Origin: Roseibacillus sp.
GTDB taxonomy: Bacteria > Verrucomicrobiota > Verrucomicrobiia > Verrucomicrobiales > Akkermansiaceae
Length of the DNA stretch: 64,000 nt
Direction: 5' to 3'
Assembly (NCBI GenBank): GCA_051251855.1
Contig: JBPOGI010000001.1
Span: forward strand, 1,408,001 to 1,472,000
The notes beneath the pieces are model-generated. The model was given only the letters and a program-made list of their open reading frames with translations, did not search any database and was not told the origin of the DNA. Shown here piece by piece: positions 42,408-52,507 of this stretch (positions are counted from its first letter, which is position 1; every line of letters starts with the position of its first letter). Both the position numbers and the translations under genes were made by a program.

Positions 42408-43958
42408 ATGAAAAAACTTCTTATCCTCTTACTCCTAGCCGGCTCCTTGGCTGCCGAGAAGAAGCCCAACATCGTCTTCTTCCTCGTCGACGACCTCGGG
42501 ATCAACGACCTCTCGGGCGAAGGCTCGACCTACTACGAGACTCCTCATATTGACCAACTTGCCAAAGAATCCGTCCGTTTCACCAACGGCTATTCCACCT
42601 GCCAAGTCTGCTCTCCATCCCGCGCCTCCCTTCTCACTGGAAAGTATCCTCCACGCATCGGCATCACCGATTGGATCGGAGCCGCTACCGGCAAAAAGTG
42701 GAAGCGTAACGACAAAGTCCTACCAGCTCCCAATGCGAGTAAGCTCTCCACTGAGGAATACACTCTCGCCGAGGCCCTCGCCGATGGCGGTTATGCGACC
42801 TGGTTTCTCGGCAAGTGGCATGTCGGCGGCGAAGGCTCCCACCCCGAAGACCACGGCTTCCAAGTCAACATCGGCGGACACCATCGTGGTTCCCCTCCTG
42901 GAGGCTTCTTCGCCCCCTTTAACAATCCCAAGATCAACAACGACCCTCCAGCAGGAACATCCCTTCCCCTTTGGCTCGCCGACCAAACTTCCGAACTCAT
43001 CACCACTCATCAAAAGGAGAGCGCTGAACAACCCTTCCTTGCCTATCTCTCCTTCTACTCCGTCCACGGCCCCATCCAAACCACTCCGGAACTCTGGAAA
43101 AAGTATCAACAAAAGGCCGCAACCTCCTCTCATCAAGGAGACCGCTTCGCTGTCGACCGCACCCTGCCCGTGCGCCAAGTGCAGGACTGCCCCATCTACG
43201 CCGGCATGATGGAAGCCCTCGACCAAGCCGTCGGCAAAGTGCTCAACACTCTTAGCGAACTCCAACTTGAGAACGACACCATCGTCATTTTCACCGGCGA
43301 CAACGGCGGCGTCACCAGCGGAGACGCCTTCGCCACCGCCGCTCTTCCCCTGCGCGGTGGCAAAGGTCGCCAATGGGAAGGTGGCCTGCGCGCGCCCTAC
43401 TACCTCAAAGTCCCCGGCACCAAACCCACCAACATCGACATCCCAGCAACTGGCACCGACTTCTACCCCACTCTCCTCGACCTCGCCGGTCTCGACGCAC
43501 AACCCGAGCAACATCTTGACGGACTCTCTCTCAAGCCACTTCTCGAAGGCTCAAAACTTAAAGAGCGCCCCCTCTTCTGGCATTACCCTCACTACGGCAA
43601 CCAAGGCGGCGAGCCCTCCTCCATCCTCCGACAAGGGGATTGGAAGCTCATTCAATACTTCGAAGACAACCGTCTCGAACTCTATCACCTCCCCTCCGAC
43701 ATCGGTGAACAAAAGGACGTATCCAACGAAAACGCTGAAATCGTAGCAACCATGCTCACCACCCTAGAAAGCCTTCAAGAGGAAACCGGAGCTCTCATTC
43801 CCGAGAAAGACCCTCGCTTCGCTCCCGCAAAGAAAAAGTTGCAACTCGAACAGCTTCACACCGTCAAGAAATCCCAACTCGAGAAGCAGCACGCCCGCTT
43901 TCTCGACCCTGACTTCAAACCCAACAAAACTTGGTGGGGCTCTCTCCCAATCGACTAA
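42408..43958 (+). CDS. Secreted sulfatase (S1)
   Basis: Signal peptide; PNIVFFLVDDLG, CSPSRASLLTG, GKWH, GDNGG. Confidence 0.95.
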   Translation: MKKLLILLLLAGSLAAEKKPNIVFFLVDDLGINDLSGEGSTYYETPHIDQLAKESVRFTNGYSTCQVCSPSRASLLTGKYPPRIGITDWIGAATGKKWKRNDKVLPAPNASKLSTEEYTLAEALADGGYATWFLGKWHVGGEGSHPEDHGFQVNIGGHHRGSPPGGFFAPFNNPKINNDPPAGTSLPLWLADQTSELITTHQKESAEQPFLAYLSFYSVHGPIQTTPELWKKYQQKAATSSHQGDRFAVDRTLPVRQVQDCPIYAGMMEALDQAVGKVLNTLSELQLENDTIVIFTGDNGGVTSGDAFATAALPLRGGKGRQWEGGLRAPYYLKVPGTKPTNIDIPATGTDFYPTLLDLAGLDAQPEQHLDGLSLKPLLEGSKLKERPLFWHYPHYGNQGGEPSSILRQGDWKLIQYFEDNRLELYHLPSDIGEQKDVSNENAEIVATMLTTLESLQEETGALIPEKDPRFAPAKKKLQLEQLHTVKKSQLEKQHARFLDPDFKPNKTWWGSLPID

Positions 43959-43985
43959 GCCTTCTGTTTGACGAAAAAATTGATC

Positions 43986-44804
43986 ATGAAAACTCTCTTC
44001 TTCCTCCTCGTCCTCACCAGCGTTGCTTCTGCCTTCAAATATCCGCCAAAGCTCAAAGACGCCCGCAGCGAAGTCTATCGCACCATCGACGAGCTCGAGC
44101 TCAAGGTCCACATTCTCGGCGAAACCGATCCCAAGAACCCCAAGCCAGCCATCGTCTTCTTTTTCGGAGGGGGCTGGAACGGCGGCTCCCCTGAGCAGTT
44201 CGCAAAACAGGGACACCACCTCGCTGAGCGCGGCATGATTGCCATTCTCGCCGACTATCGCGTCAAATCACGCAACAAAGTCAAACCCGTTGAATGCGTC
44301 AAAGACGCCAAAGCCTGTCTCGCCTGGGTTCGTGAAAACTCAAAGCGCCTCGGCATCGTTCCCGACAAAATCTGCGCCGCCGGAGGCTCTGCCGGGGGCC
44401 ATCTCGCCGCGGCTACAGGCACCCTCACGGGCTTCGGAAACCACGAGCGCCCCAATGCCATGATTCTTTTCAATCCCGGCGCCCAAATGGCCGACTACGG
44501 CGAATTTATCATGAAAGGCTTTGGAGAAGGCCGCGACCTCGGAGCGCCCGCCCTAAACTTCTGTCCCACCAACAACGTCGGTGAGCACACCCCTCCGACT
44601 CTCATTGTGCACGGAACCAAGGACAAAACCGTCCCGTTCTCTTCTGCTCAAGCATTCGAAGCCGCCATGAAGAAAGCCAACCGCCCCATCACCCTCATCG
44701 GCTACGAAGGACGCGGACACGGATTCTTCAACCGAGGCGAAGACTTCACCGCCACCCTCGCCGAAGCAGACAAATTCTTGGTCAAACTCGGCTGGATCAA
44801 GTAG
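43986..44804 (+). CDS. Secreted alpha/beta-hydrolase (esterase)
   Basis: FFGGGW oxyanion loop, GGSAGG nucleophile, HGTKD, GHGF. Confidence 0.92.
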   Translation: MKTLFFLLVLTSVASAFKYPPKLKDARSEVYRTIDELELKVHILGETDPKNPKPAIVFFFGGGWNGGSPEQFAKQGHHLAERGMIAILADYRVKSRNKVKPVECVKDAKACLAWVRENSKRLGIVPDKICAAGGSAGGHLAAATGTLTGFGNHERPNAMILFNPGAQMADYGEFIMKGFGEGRDLGAPALNFCPTNNVGEHTPPTLIVHGTKDKTVPFSSAQAFEAAMKKANRPITLIGYEGRGHGFFNRGEDFTATLAEADKFLVKLGWIK

Positions 44805-44850
44805 TTCAGTCTGGACTCTCCCGCCCGAATTCTGAATGGTCCCCCTCCTC

Positions 44851-45345
44851 ATGGACGACATTAAAATCACCATCCACACCAACAAGGGCGATATCAACAT
44901 CACCACCTTCCCCGATGACGCCCCCGTCACCGTAGCCTCGTTCCTTCACCTCGCCTCCAGCGGGTTTTACGATGGCCTCAAGTTTCACCGAGTGATCTCT
45001 AACTTCATGGTTCAAGGCGGTTGTCCACAAGGCTCCGGCACCGGTGGCCCAGGCTACAAGTTCGAGTGCGAATGCAAACCCAACCGTCGCCACGACAAGC
45101 CCGGCATCCTCTCCATGGCCAACGCAGGCCCCAACACCAACGGTTCCCAGTTTTTCATCACTCACGGACCGACTCCTCACCTCGATGGCAAGCACACCGT
45201 TTTTGGAGAGACCACCGAAGGCCAGGACGTGATCAACTCCATTCGTCAAAACGACACCATCAAGAACATCACCATCCACGGATCTACCGACGATCTTTTT
45301 GCCGCCCACGCCGATCGCATCGCCGATTGGAAGTCAGCTTCCTAG
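44851..45345 (+). CDS. Cytoplasmic cyclophilin-type PPIase
   Basis: [40 protein letters not shown]. Confidence 0.96.
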   Translation: MDDIKITIHTNKGDINITTFPDDAPVTVASFLHLASSGFYDGLKFHRVISNFMVQGGCPQGSGTGGPGYKFECECKPNRRHDKPGILSMANAGPNTNGSQFFITHGPTPHLDGKHTVFGETTEGQDVINSIRQNDTIKNITIHGSTDDLFAAHADRIADWKSAS

Positions 45346-45365
45346 GAGCATCATTCCTTTTATCC

Positions 45366-45398
45366 GCCGAGGGTGCTTCACGCTCCCTCGGCTTTTTT
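45366..45398 (+). terminator. Intrinsic terminator
   Basis: GCCGAGGG...CCCTCGGC followed by TTTTTT. Confidence 0.85.
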
Positions 45399-45435
45399 GT
45401 GGTCATTTCGGGGAGAAAACGAGACCCTCCCCTTA

Positions 45436-46164
45436 TTGAAGGCCCTCTTTGCATTTCTGCTCTTCGCTTCGTGGTGCCCTGCCGCACCACCAGACGACTA
45501 CTATCAATCCGCCAAAGGGCTGCAGGGGGAAGCATTGCGTAATGCTCTCCATGACATCATCGACGACCACAGGTTCCTTAAATACGGCAATACCCGCGAA
45601 GCGATGGCTCTTCTTCATCAAGACCCGAAGAATCCAGCCAACCTCATTCAGATTTACACTCAACAATCTGTTCCCAAAGAAAAACCCGACCTCTGGAACC
45701 GAGAACATCTCTGGCCCCGCGCACGTGGCAACACCGACAAACGAGGCCCTGACGACACCGATCTTCACCACCTCTTTCCATCGAATTACAAAGTGAATGC
45801 CAACCGTGCGTCTCTTCTTTTCGATATCACCACCCCTCCGCGCCTCCCCAAGTTTTGGTCCATGGACGAAGACTCCTTCCAACCGCCAGCCGCAGTGGTC
45901 GGAGACATCGCCCGTGCGCTCTTTTACATGGCGGTCCGCTACGACGGATCAGACCGCCAGACCTCGAATCTCACCCTCGTCTTCAGCGACTTTAATGGAG
46001 CCGAGATGGGCCACCTAGAAACGCTCCTCAAGTGGCACCTCTCCGATCCTCCAGATGCCTTTGAAAAACGACGAAACCAACTCATCTTCGAAAAATTTCA
46101 AGGTAATCGTAACCCCTTTGTCGATCATCCCGAATTCGTAACCTCCATCTGGGCTCAGCCATAG
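45436..46164 (+). CDS. Secreted endonuclease I family nuclease
   Basis: WNREHLWP, DLHHLFP, GDIARALFYMAVRY, QGNRNPFVDHP; start uncertain (TTG 45436 chosen because it follows the terminator). Confidence 0.9.
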   Translation: MKALFAFLLFASWCPAAPPDDYYQSAKGLQGEALRNALHDIIDDHRFLKYGNTREAMALLHQDPKNPANLIQIYTQQSVPKEKPDLWNREHLWPRARGNTDKRGPDDTDLHHLFPSNYKVNANRASLLFDITTPPRLPKFWSMDEDSFQPPAAVVGDIARALFYMAVRYDGSDRQTSNLTLVFSDFNGAEMGHLETLLKWHLSDPPDAFEKRRNQLIFEKFQGNRNPFVDHPEFVTSIWAQP

Positions 46165-46215
46165 AAAACCTGCGCCCTTCTCTCGGCATCAAAACGATGA
46201 TAGTCTGACCGAGTT

Positions 46216-46707
46216 ATGCGCAAAATCTTCCTTCTTTCGTTCCTTATCACCCTCACCAGTTGTGCCGACCGCACCCTCACGAAGGTCGAAGAAGTCAAAG
46301 AAAAGGCAGCCCCGACAACACCGGTCGTTCCTCAACCCGAACCAGCCGTTGAGGCACCCAAGCCAAAACCGAAGCTGATTGCCGGCAAGTACGTCGTAAA
46401 GTCGACTCAACGAGGGAAAATGTCGTGGTATTCAGTTAAAACAAATGGTGGCACTGTCACAGCCTCCGGCAAAAAATTCAGCAACTCGGGAGCGACCGCC
46501 GCTCACCGCACTCTCCGCTTCGGCACTAAAGTTCGCGTCACCAACCTCAGCAACGGACGTTCCGAAATTGTCACCATCACCGACCGTGGCCCCTTCATCA
46601 AAGGGCGCATCATCGACGTCTCCATCGGCACCGCGGGCAAGAGCAAACTTAACTTCGTCAACGCCGGGGTCGTCTCCTGCAAAGTCGAAGTGCTTGGCAC
46701 CCCTTAA
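46216..46707 (+). CDS. rlpA: RlpA-family lytic transglycosylase lipoprotein
   Basis: LTSC lipobox; TASG, TAAHRTL.FGTKVRVTNL, DRGPF..GRIIDVS. Confidence 0.93.
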   Translation: MRKIFLLSFLITLTSCADRTLTKVEEVKEKAAPTTPVVPQPEPAVEAPKPKPKLIAGKYVVKSTQRGKMSWYSVKTNGGTVTASGKKFSNSGATAAHRTLRFGTKVRVTNLSNGRSEIVTITDRGPFIKGRIIDVSIGTAGKSKLNFVNAGVVSCKVEVLGTP

Positions 46708-46728
46708 GCGCAAGCATTCAAAGAAGCA

Positions 46729-47958
46729 CTACCCCCTTCGACTCTCCTGCAACAACGGGACAATCATCAAGGTCGCAATCGTCATCAGAATCGCCCCGAC
46801 CACCCCCACCACTTGTGGCGACAAGGCCGCTGCCACCGCAAACCCCAAAAAGGGAGCAGCCGTTCCTCGGCATCCAGTGAGAAAGGTATGAACGCTCATG
46901 TATTCCGCCACATGTTCCGCCTTCGCAAACTTCGTTACCCACAAGCTCCAAGCCACATTGCCACCCGCTTTCCCGATCCCGTGTAAAGCCAATCCCACAT
47001 AAAGAGTCCACACCTCGCCTCCGAGGAAAAATACTAATACCGCCGCAATAAAGAAGAGGTTGATCACGATACGCGTCACGAAAAAGTTCACGCGGTCGAA
47101 GATTAGTCCCCACAAAAAGACCGTAATCAAGAAGCAGGCTTCCGGAGTCGTCGTCGTAATGAGACTGACCTGATCTGCACCTAATCCATATCCGTAGGCC
47201 GGATTCGCCACGAACTCGACGAAGATCCCAAAGCAAATCAAATTGCCAAACCCCAAGACCATCCAAGCAATCAGAATCAACCGAAACTGACGGTCTCTCT
47301 TCACATGCTCGAAGGCATCGAACAATCGCACCCCTGCCGTCTTTCGCAGATGAATGGGCGTCATCGCCTGCACGCAAAATGCCATCAACAAGCAGCATAC
47401 GGCATAAACCTTCAAAAGCGCCGGAAAGCCCACCGGATTTTCGCGTAGCCAAAATCCAAAACTCAGTGCCGCTACAATGGCTGCCACTTTTCTCACAATC
47501 GCAGTCACAGCAAAGAGGCGTCCGCGATTCACATCAGGATAATGTCGTCGATAAATCTGCGAATACAGCGGCAACGAAAGCGTCAATCCCAACTGAGCGG
47601 CAGACAAACCAAACAGATACAGCAGCAAACTCCCCGGATTGAATGCCGCCACGAAAAAGCCTGCTGCCGCAAATACAGCAATGGCCGAAATGGCAATATT
47701 GATACTGCATCCAATACGCCGCACGAATTGGACCATGAACAGACTCAGCAAAAGCCCCACACTCGCAGAAGCCACCAACACCGCCTTCTCCATCTGGCTC
47801 GCGCTAAAGACGGACACCGCCAAAAACACAGCAAAGGTCGTTCCCACCGTTTCAATCACTCCCGCTGGGACCGACCGTAAAAGCTCAAGCCGAAAGGTAC
47901 GGCGATTCCACTCACTCTCGATCAGTGATGAAGGGGTTGGAGATTCCAGTTCAGCCAC
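46729..47958 (-). CDS. MFS transporter
   Basis: About 12 hydrophobic segments; YP..NRGR and WG.IFDR loop motifs. Confidence 0.85.
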   Translation of the reverse strand: MAELESPTPSSLIESEWNRRTFRLELLRSVPAGVIETVGTTFAVFLAVSVFSASQMEKAVLVASASVGLLLSLFMVQFVRRIGCSINIAISAIAVFAAAGFFVAAFNPGSLLLYLFGLSAAQLGLTLSLPLYSQIYRRHYPDVNRGRLFAVTAIVRKVAAIVAALSFGFWLRENPVGFPALLKVYAVCCLLMAFCVQAMTPIHLRKTAGVRLFDAFEHVKRDRQFRLILIAWMVLGFGNLICFGIFVEFVANPAYGYGLGADQVSLITTTTPEACFLITVFLWGLIFDRVNFFVTRIVINLFFIAAVLVFFLGGEVWTLYVGLALHGIGKAGGNVAWSLWVTKFAKAEHVAEYMSVHTFLTGCRGTAAPFLGFAVAAALSPQVVGVVGAILMTIATLMIVPLLQESRRG

Positions 47959-47967
47959 AGAAGGTTT

Positions 47968-48957
47968 CTAGCTCTTCGCCCGCTGCAAGACCAAGCTCCA
48001 GTCACAAAGGATTGTCACCATTAGAGAAGCAGCCCCCACATGAAGCACCTGAACCCAAGGAAAAATACCTACCTGAGCCATCACCAATCCCATCACCATC
48101 ATACTCAGCACCAAGCCCACCATCATTTTGGCTCTCACTTCCAGAATCCCCAGCTCTTTCGCCTTCCAAGCCAAGAACGCCATCAAAAGCACGATGAGCC
48201 ACGAAAAACTTCGATGGATCAAATAGATGCCACTTTGCTCCAGCTCCCAAATCCAATCCGCCCGTGCTTCACCCACATGAGACTTCGCCAACACATCGGT
48301 CATCTCCCTCACCTGCGTGCCCAGAATCCCCTCCAGCATCACCAACGCCATCATCCCCCAAACCCAAGGAGCGAGCTTCTTCCCCACCTTGAAGGGAACC
48401 TTGCCGCCTATTTCTCTGCGACAGTAGACCAAGATGAAAATCAACAAAAACGCGAGTGCCAAGTGAATCGTGATAATGCCCGGTTTCAACCCCGAATAGA
48501 CAATCATCGCCCCCATCACCGCATTAATCAGAACAATCACCAGAGAAGCCATCGAGAGTAATATCATCTTGTCACGGCTTTTTCCTCTCGGCAGAAAAAA
48601 CGAACAAATCACTGCGCCTAGAGAGAAGAACCCCACCGGCAGACTCACTAGGCGATTGATGAATTCTGTCCACGTATGAACAGGATTAAAACTCTCCAGA
48701 ATATGCTCCGGTGTTACCGTCGAAGGGTCCCGCCCCAGCCGAGCCGCTTTTTTCTCGAAGCGCTCATAGTTGATCTTATTCAGGTCTACCTGCTCCACCT
48801 TCCATGGCGGAATGAGCTGCCCCCAGCATTTCGGCCAATCAGGGCATCCCAAACCTGCTCCCGTCGCACGCACAATCGCTCCCACAAAGACCAAAAGCAC
48901 CACAAAAGCCAGCACCCCAGTCACCATTTTGCGAAACCACTTTTCCCCTCTCGTCAT
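47968..48957 (-). CDS. ctaA: Heme A synthase (COX15/CtaA family)
   Basis: GAIVRATGAGLGCPDWPKCWG, EFINR, IHL, IHR, LHV. Confidence 0.9.
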   Translation of the reverse strand: MTRGEKWFRKMVTGVLAFVVLLVFVGAIVRATGAGLGCPDWPKCWGQLIPPWKVEQVDLNKINYERFEKKAARLGRDPSTVTPEHILESFNPVHTWTEFINRLVSLPVGFFSLGAVICSFFLPRGKSRDKMILLSMASLVIVLINAVMGAMIVYSGLKPGIITIHLALAFLLIFILVYCRREIGGKVPFKVGKKLAPWVWGMMALVMLEGILGTQVREMTDVLAKSHVGEARADWIWELEQSGIYLIHRSFSWLIVLLMAFLAWKAKELGILEVRAKMMVGLVLSMMVMGLVMAQVGIFPWVQVLHVGAASLMVTILCDWSLVLQRAKS

Positions 48958-49025
48958 CTGCGGGGACTGTAGCCTGCCCTTCGTTTTCGTCTAGTCACGA
49001 GACCCATCTATTTTCCAAAGAAGCT

Positions 49026-50222
49026 TTAACCCTCCACTGGAGTCTCGGGCACTTGACCGTCAGCCTCTTTAACCGCCTCTTTCAACTCCTCGACACGTTC
49101 TTTAATACGAGCCTTATCCTCCTTACTCATCGCCACTGCAAGCCAACGGAAATCTTCACTATTCAACATCGCCACCTTGATCAACATCGTCAGCGGAACT
49201 GCCAACAGCATTCCCACGGGTCCCCAGAGCCAGCCCCAAAACATCACCGAGAGAATCACCATCAGGGTAGAAATACCAAATCGACTCCCCATCATCATCG
49301 GCTCCACAAAATTTCCCAAAAAGACGTTAATCGCGATATAGCCCGTTGCCACCGCCATCGCCTGGGGGCCACCACTAACGATCAATGCCAAAACTGTGGG
49401 AGGCACCCCCGCAATCACCGAACCCACCACTGGGATATAGTTTAGAAAGAAGGCCAGAATCCCCCAAAGGATAAAGAAGTCCAAATCCGCGACCCAACAG
49501 AGAAAGCCGGCCAAGAATCCCGTAATCAGACTAATCGCCGTCTTAATTCCTAAAAACCGCTGAATGTCGCGCGTAGCGCTAAAGAGTCGCTCGAAATCAG
49601 GGCCTTTGGCCTCACAAATCGCAGTCAATCTGCGACCATACATGCGCGCTTCGGTGAGCATGAAAATCGTCATCAACATTACAAAGAAGGCTGTTCCGAA
49701 GAAGGATGCTACTCGCCCTACCACGCCGGTTCCCAAGCTCCAGACCTGTTCAAAGTCAATTTGGTCCAACTGGTCGAGCGCCTTAGTGCGGAAATAGTTA
49801 TCCACGGTCTGCTGGGCATTCTCGAAACCTCGCTTATCAAGCTGATCCACAATGAAAAGCGACAGATCGAAAATCTTCTGGGTCATCAAGCTCTTGTAGG
49901 ACTGCGGATCGTTGAACCCGCTCCCTGCCCACTTGTCGCTGAAGTCGCCAATTAAAATCACCGCAATGACCACCACCCCCACAAGGAAGGCAAAATCAAC
50001 AAGCACCGTCAGCAAAACCGCCAACCAACGTGGCACCTTGTGATCGCGTAACCAATTGGTAATGGGGAAGGAAACAGTCGCGATGAAAAAGGCGAGAAGA
50101 ACCGGAACAAACACCCCTGCAGCCGCCTTCAATCCAGCAATCACAATCACGGCGCACGCAATCAGAAAGAGAAGCCTCAGCCCTCCACTTGCGTCTCCGT
50201 AACCCCCTTTATGCGAAATCAT
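49026..50222 (-). CDS. AI-2E family transporter
   Basis: LNYIPVVGS, GNFVEP, FWGWLWGPVGMLLAVP. Confidence 0.93.
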   Translation of the reverse strand: MISHKGGYGDASGGLRLLFLIACAVIVIAGLKAAAGVFVPVLLAFFIATVSFPITNWLRDHKVPRWLAVLLTVLVDFAFLVGVVVIAVILIGDFSDKWAGSGFNDPQSYKSLMTQKIFDLSLFIVDQLDKRGFENAQQTVDNYFRTKALDQLDQIDFEQVWSLGTGVVGRVASFFGTAFFVMLMTIFMLTEARMYGRRLTAICEAKGPDFERLFSATRDIQRFLGIKTAISLITGFLAGFLCWVADLDFFILWGILAFFLNYIPVVGSVIAGVPPTVLALIVSGGPQAMAVATGYIAINVFLGNFVEPMMMGSRFGISTLMVILSVMFWGWLWGPVGMLLAVPLTMLIKVAMLNSEDFRWLAVAMSKEDKARIKERVEELKEAVKEADGQVPETPVEG

Positions 50223-50338
50223 CGTTGTTCTCTAGAAATCCTATCTCATCTTGAACGATTTAACCAACGACTTCGTAGAGGAATTTTGTTCCGCAATCTC
50301 TCTCTCTTGCCTAGACCTCCCTTGTTGCCTCCTCTTTC

Positions 50339-51079
50339 ATGAAAATCGCCCGCCTCCCTGATGGCTCCCCCGAAGTCTTTCGAACCCTCCAAGGTGAAGG
50401 CCCCTCGATTGGCTCCCCCGCCGTATTTCTTCGATTATCGCTCTGCAACTTGCACTGTTCATGGTGCGATACCCCCTTTACTTGGAATTGGGAAGGAACG
50501 CCGTGGACACACCAAGACGAACGAAAATATCTCAAGAGCGACCAAATCATTGAACACTCCCCAACCGAAATCGCTGACGTTCTCCGAACCCACGCCCACC
50601 CCGGCGACCGCTTAGTCGTCACTGGCGGCGAACCTCTCCTGCAACAAAAAGAGCTTCGCGAACTTTTCCAGAATCTCTCCTCCGAATTCTCCGCCATCGA
50701 AATCGAAACCAATGGCACCCAGCGGCCCGACGATGTTCTCGACCAAGCCGCCACCCAATACAATGTCTCACCCAAGCTCGAGAACTCAGGGAACTCAGCC
50801 GATCTTCGTATCCAAGACTCCCCTCTTCAATTCTTCGCCCAATCGTCCAAGGCCTACTTCAAATTCGTTCTCACAAGTCAGGATGACCTCGCCGAAGTCC
50901 TCGATTTACAGAAACGATTCCAAATCCCTTCTCAACGCATTCTTCTCATGCCCGAAGGGCGCACCTCGGCCGCGCTCGCCGAAAACCGAAGCTGGATCGC
51001 GCAAGCTTGCCTCGAGCATGGGTTCCGCCTTACCGACCGCCTCCACGTTCAACTCTGGGGAGATGAGCGAGGCACCTAG
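50339..51079 (+). CDS. queE: 7-carboxy-7-deazaguanine synthase (radical SAM)
   Basis: TLQGEG, CNLHCSWCDT, TGGEP, IETNGT, SPK, RLH. Confidence 0.92.
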   Translation: MKIARLPDGSPEVFRTLQGEGPSIGSPAVFLRLSLCNLHCSWCDTPFTWNWEGTPWTHQDERKYLKSDQIIEHSPTEIADVLRTHAHPGDRLVVTGGEPLLQQKELRELFQNLSSEFSAIEIETNGTQRPDDVLDQAATQYNVSPKLENSGNSADLRIQDSPLQFFAQSSKAYFKFVLTSQDDLAEVLDLQKRFQIPSQRILLMPEGRTSAALAENRSWIAQACLEHGFRLTDRLHVQLWGDERGT

Positions 51080-51175
51080 ATTTTGCGCTCAGACTCATCC
51101 CTTCCTCTGACAGACTCACCTCTTTCGCAGGCTGCCCAACTAGTAGCTAATCGAGACCGACTAATTCCAAGTGCT

Positions 51176-51520
51176 ATGCCCTACCTTCACGTCCAAACCA
51201 ACGCCAATCCCTCGGTTCCCGAACGCTCAGCTTTCCTCGACGCCGCCACTGATGCCGTCGCACGCGAATTGGGAAAAAACAAAGCTTACGTAATGGCCTG
51301 CATCGAGACCGGTCTCTCGCTCAACTTCAACAGCTCCGAAATCCCCGCCGCCTTTCTCGAGCTTAAAGTTCTTGGACTCGACTCCACAAAGAACCAAAAA
51401 CTTGCCACCGTCCTCTCCGACTTGGCGCGAGTCCATCTCCACGTTGACGAAGACCGCTGCTTTAGCCGCTTTGTCGATACTCCCCGAGGTCATTGGGGCC
51501 TAGGAAACGACGTATTCTAG
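51176..51520 (+). CDS. MIF/phenylpyruvate tautomerase family protein
   Basis: Start M-P-Y-L (catalytic Pro1), LGK...YVM, PAAFLELK..G, WG..N..F. Confidence 0.88.
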   Translation: MPYLHVQTNANPSVPERSAFLDAATDAVARELGKNKAYVMACIETGLSLNFNSSEIPAAFLELKVLGLDSTKNQKLATVLSDLARVHLHVDEDRCFSRFVDTPRGHWGLGNDVF

Positions 51521-51610
51521 TGAAACCCTGACAAAACAGCCTCACATTTTCAAACAACCGTTTGAATAAAGAACGCTCCCTCATCGTTCCATGAATAACG
51601 AACCAAATCG

Positions 51611-52411
51611 ATGATGCTCAAAACGACCCTACTTTCCGTCCTCTTCGTTTCCCCCTTGGCCTGGGCCAAACCCACCTGGATGCAGGAGGTGAACCTCACC
51701 AAGATGGGTCCCCATCACAAAGCCCGTCCCATTCAGCTGACTTATGACCTCAGCTGGAACGGAAGTGTCACAGCTGGCCAAGCAACCATTCGCTTCGGCC
51801 ATCCCGATCCTCGTTATCCTAAGAACTACATTGCACAGTCTTTCGGTCAAACTACCGGATTCGCACGCAAGCTCTTTCCCTTCGACTTCAACTATACCTC
51901 GTTCCTTCGATCCACAAACTACCGCCCACAGGTTTTCGTTGCGGACGAAACAACGAAGAAGGAGCGAAAGCTCACCGACACCCGTTTCTCAGGTAAAGGC
52001 GTCACTTCCACAGAAAAGGAGACCGACCTCACTAAAGGAAAGACTGACACGTCCTCGTCCTCTTTTGCCTATCCCAGCGCACTTGGAGCCCACTCCGCTG
52101 TTCTCTGGGTGCGCTCCCTTGATATGAAACCCGGCGAGGAGGCGGTCTTCGTCGTGATGCCTTTCAAATCACCTTACCTCTGCAGAGTTAAACATCTCGG
52201 CAACGAGGTTCTCGCCTCTCGCCGAACCATCAAATACGACCTCAAGCTTCAGAAAATTAATAAGAAAACTTTGGAACTCAAAAACTACGACAAGGTCAAA
52301 AGCCTCGTTCTTTGGGTCTCTGATGACGCCGAAAGACTTCCCCTTGAATTTCGCTCCAAGGTCTTCATCGGCGATGTTCGCGCAGTACTGACCTCACGGT
52401 CATACGACTAG
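51611..52411 (+). CDS. DUF3108-like secreted protein
   Basis: Signal peptide; LTYDLSWNG..AG, LWVSDD.ERLP...SKVFIG.VRA.L. Confidence 0.75.
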   Translation: MMLKTTLLSVLFVSPLAWAKPTWMQEVNLTKMGPHHKARPIQLTYDLSWNGSVTAGQATIRFGHPDPRYPKNYIAQSFGQTTGFARKLFPFDFNYTSFLRSTNYRPQVFVADETTKKERKLTDTRFSGKGVTSTEKETDLTKGKTDTSSSSFAYPSALGAHSAVLWVRSLDMKPGEEAVFVVMPFKSPYLCRVKHLGNEVLASRRTIKYDLKLQKINKKTLELKNYDKVKSLVLWVSDDAERLPLEFRSKVFIGDVRAVLTSRSYD

Positions 52412-52507
52412 CAGAAGGGTTTTCACCGTGCTTAGTAGGATTTTCACGTATTCTCCCGCTATTTAGTCTGGTCAACTTATTGCTTATTAGTTAACAATCA
52501 TGAAGTA

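Noticed and set aside
50339..51520. queE as part of a 7-deazaguanine DNA-modification (dpd) system
   Set aside because: No dpdA/tgt, queC, queD or folE nearby; neighbours are ordinary genes
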